The notes under the pieces are model-generated. The model saw only the letters and a program-made list of their open reading frames with translations, had not been told where the DNA came from and ran no database searches. From an uncultured virus (IMG/VR IMGVR_UViG_2675903165_000002) (Duplodnaviria > Heunggongvirae > Uroviricota > Caudoviricetes), in IMG/VR virus record IMGVR_UViG_2675903165_000002: 64,000 nucleotides of DNA. One strand, given 5' to 3'. Shown here piece by piece: positions 61,299 through 64,000 of the stretch; the first letter of the stretch is position 1, and every line of letters begins with the position of its first letter. The position numbers and the translations under genes were made by a program.

Positions 61299-62537
61299 TT
61301 ACAATCCTAACAACCTGTTACTCATTTCTTTTCGGGTATCGTCCTCAAAACTGGCCAAATAGACTTCTGTGATGGTGGTATTGGTATGTCCCAAACTTTC
61401 ACTAATGTATTCTATGCTTGCCCCTGACCGCTTCAATACTGTTGAGAAACTATGCCGCGCCGTGTAGGTAGTAATATGCTTACTGATACCTAATTCTTGC
61501 CCAACCTGCTTCATAAATCTATTGATGGTGGAGACGATATTGTGGGTTTTAACTGCCCTCTTCAATGGTGATTGTTGGTCATTATAAAAAGGAAAAATAT
61601 AAGTATTGGGTAAGCAGGGTTTCTGTCCCCAACGGGCAATAATATCTTGGGCAATGGCTGGCAAATGAGCCTGAATTAAGCGTGGGTTGCTACGGAGCTT
61701 ATTAGCTGTTTTTTGTCTCATAAAGGTTAGCCTATCGCCATCTATATTGCTATATTTGAGGTTGCATATATCTTTTACGTTTATCCCATTGCACAGATAA
61801 GAAAAGACCCACAAGTCTCGGGCTAAAGCCTCTTTTCCTTGTGGGTCTTGTGGGGTGTAATGTATAATTTTCATAATATCAGCGAAGGGCAAGGCTTTTT
61901 TGATATTGACGGATGTTAAGGGTTGGTATTTTTTTCTTCCAAAGGGGTAGAAATCTTTTGAAACAATACCGTCTGCCATGGCAGCATTAAAGACGGTACG
62001 AATAGAGGTTGTATAAAATCCAATAGACCCCGCTTTGAGTCCTTTTATGAGTAGAGCCTCTTCGTATTTTTTCAAGAAGGCGGGAGTGATGTCCTCAAAA
62101 TATAGATTTGTGCCAGCGTATTGCCGCAGGGAGTTGAGAGCGCAAGCAAATCCCCATGCAGATTTAATACGGCCTTCAGCAAATAGATTATCAATAAAAG
62201 ATTGGAAGTAGTTTATGACCTTACGCGATACGACAGCATTGTTACTTTTTCCATTGTATAGTTCCGTGAATCGCCTAAAAGTAAATACTCCCATAGACTT
62301 AAGTATGAGTTGTGCTTTATGCTCTATGGCCGTTATTTTAATTTTGAGCTCTTTAAGTTGTCCGCCGCGCACGGAGGTGGTTTTGAGCTTGTCCCAATCA
62401 GCTACTGAAACATATTCTGCAATGCTGATATATTGTCTTTCTTTTCGATAAGTAATGCGTAATTTAAGAGGGAAAGTTCCATCGACTTTTTGCCTTCTTC
62501 TGTCGATAACGACGGCAATTGTTGCAGTGTTTTCCAT
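61299..62537 (-). CDS. Tyrosine integrase, Bacteroidota type
   Basis: N-terminal arm-binding FPLKLRITY; FSYLCNGIN..D, R.KT, YTARHSFST, LGH...TEVYL. Confidence 0.9.
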   Translation of the reverse strand: MENTATIAVVIDRRRQKVDGTFPLKLRITYRKERQYISIAEYVSVADWDKLKTTSVRGGQLKELKIKITAIEHKAQLILKSMGVFTFRRFTELYNGKSNNAVVSRKVINYFQSFIDNLFAEGRIKSAWGFACALNSLRQYAGTNLYFEDITPAFLKKYEEALLIKGLKAGSIGFYTTSIRTVFNAAMADGIVSKDFYPFGRKKYQPLTSVNIKKALPFADIMKIIHYTPQDPQGKEALARDLWVFSYLCNGINVKDICNLKYSNIDGDRLTFMRQKTANKLRSNPRLIQAHLPAIAQDIIARWGQKPCLPNTYIFPFYNDQQSPLKRAVKTHNIVSTINRFMKQVGQELGISKHITTYTARHSFSTVLKRSGASIEYISESLGHTNTTITEVYLASFEDDTRKEMSNRLLGL

Positions 62538-63141
62538 GATATTTACGATAAAATGTAAGATTTGTGTAATGCGTAAATATACAAATAGTACAATAAAATA
62601 TCAAAGAAAAACGGAATAATTATTATAATAAATAGCTATAAATCAGATGATTAGTAAATTTGTGCAAACAATGAAAAAATAAGTAAAATTACATTTTGCC
62701 CAAATGGGTGATTGCTCTAAAAATGTATAAATAAATCTAAATAAGCATGTGTACGGAGAGTATTTAAAACTGCTCAGTATAAAGCTTTGTTAGACACGAG
62801 TAATATGATATTTTGAGTAAAAACTTTTCTTTGACGTAAAAAATCGTATTACTTTTGATACACTATTTGATACATGGTGTAGTAAAATAGCGCAAAAAAG
62901 TAATAATGTAGAGGAAAGAAAAATTCGTTATTGCATTGTAAATCAATGTATTATGATAGTATTGTAAAATAGCGAAAATATAACTATCCCTTCTTAAAAA
63001 TAAAATATAAAAATATTTGCAAATATTCTATCTGTTTAAGATTTTGCGTGAGAATGGCAGGCAAGGTGCTTGCAGAATGGAAAAGATAAACGCAATAAGG
63101 TGTGTTTATACAAATGTTGTGCATAATTAAACGAAACAGAA

Positions 63142-63879
63142 ATGTCAGATAACAAAGAAAATAAAGCTAACTGGAAGCCCACAGATAAAAGATTTGTAGC
63201 ATTTTTAGATATATTGGGTTTTAAAGACTTGGTTATGAGAAATACCCATGATGAAATATATCAAATATTAAATCAAATATCAAAAAGCAAAAAATTAATA
63301 GAAGAAGCCACAAAGTTTGAAGAAATTTCAAAGGTATTTGGTGATGTTGAAGTTTATGTAGTAAGCTTTTCAGATTCTATTGTAATCTTTTCAAAAAACG
63401 ATAGTATTGAAAATTTCAAATATTTTCTATTAGCGACTAGGTGGTTTTTTACAGGTGCATTTAATAAACAAATACCTATAAAAGGAGCAATGGCACACGG
63501 TGAAATTAGTTTGAATAAGAAGGAACAGATTTATTTTGGGCAACCAATAATTGATGCTTATTTAATGGAAGAAGATGTGAATTATATGGGCATTGTCGCT
63601 CATAATAGTATTGACAATTATATTTCAAAAATTGAAGAAGAATCAGTTCTAAAGAGTATTGAGAGATTGTTGTTTGAAGAAAAAACTCCACTAAAATGTG
63701 GTAGCTTGACTCATACAAATCTCAATTGGTTCAAGATAATTAAGAAAACCGATGAAGAGTTTAATATTCAGTATTTAAAATCTAAGATTAATTTATTCAA
63801 AAAAACGACATCTGGTACTGCAAGAAAATATATTGATAATACTTTTAATATCTTAGAAAAAATAGAGGGTAGTTTATAA
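63142..63879 (+). CDS. Class III nucleotide-cyclase-like protein
   Basis: FVAFLDILGFK, SFSDSIVI, IKGAMAHG, FGQPIIDAYLME. Confidence 0.65.
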   Translation: MSDNKENKANWKPTDKRFVAFLDILGFKDLVMRNTHDEIYQILNQISKSKKLIEEATKFEEISKVFGDVEVYVVSFSDSIVIFSKNDSIENFKYFLLATRWFFTGAFNKQIPIKGAMAHGEISLNKKEQIYFGQPIIDAYLMEEDVNYMGIVAHNSIDNYISKIEEESVLKSIERLLFEEKTPLKCGSLTHTNLNWFKIIKKTDEEFNIQYLKSKINLFKKTTSGTARKYIDNTFNILEKIEGSL

Positions 63880-63885
63880 ATTAAC

Positions 63886-64000
63886 TATGCACAACACACA
63901 ATATAGCCAATAAGGGTTTCAGTGGTATGCGAAGGTTTGTAGCCCCCTTCAATTTTTCGTGTACCATGATAGGAAATCGCCCGCAATCCCTTACTGGCCA
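63886..64000 (+). repeat. attC-like imperfect palindrome, truncated by the window end
   Basis: tatgcacaac mirrors gttgtgcata upstream of the gene; gccaataaggg pairs with cccttactggc. Confidence 0.5.

Noticed and set aside
62560..62900. tRNA or att core upstream of the integrase
   Set aside because: Only a short tttgataca direct repeat; no cloverleaf or matching partner site found.
474..63718. Many short antisense or alternate-frame ORFs in the track
   Set aside because: They overlap well-supported genes and carry no motifs; treated as shadow ORFs.
63142..63879. Pycsar or CBASS system
   Set aside because: Only a cyclase-like fold is visible; no effector gene in the window.
1..64000. CRISPR array, rRNA, tRNA (including a UCA suppressor), reverse transcriptase
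   Set aside because: No regularly spaced repeats, RNA-gene signatures or RT motifs seen by eye; a covariance-model search would be needed to exclude small RNAs.

Overview
A low-GC, mostly Bacteroidota-type accessory region with no rRNA, tRNA, CRISPR array or housekeeping operon. Left to right: (1) prophage-like portal/lysis/neck module (0.6-6.7 kb); (2) a 10-gene DNA phosphorothioation-type defence operon with sspB/C/D-like genes, a GIY-YIG-like gene, a DGQHR/DndB-like gene, cysteine desulfurase, a PLD-SF2 helicase and a Rad50/DndD-like ATPase (7.4-20.6 kb); (3) excisionase and membrane-protein genes; (4) two blocks (24.3-29.7 kb and about 38.2-43.8 kb) that look fragmented in the ORF track but read as whole genes (apart from a degenerate IS200 tnpA) if TGA=Gly and CGA/CGG=Trp, the code reported for Absconditabacteria (SR1, CPR); (5) between them, a standard-code operon with a second NitT/TauT ABC transporter and a large GHKL kinase-like protein; (6) a coupling protein/relaxase/ArdC mobilisation module; (7) cassette-like RNase H and nucleotide-cyclase-like genes; (8) a PLD-SNF2 helicase plus type IIG R-M gene with an invertible specificity region, whose silent copy is broken by an IS5-family element; (9) a tyrosine integrase. 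The most striking signal is the mosaic of two genetic codes. It is either inter-phylum transfer from a recoded CPR bacterium or an assembly chimera; the sequence alone cannot decide. All family assignments come from motif recognition by eye, not database searches.
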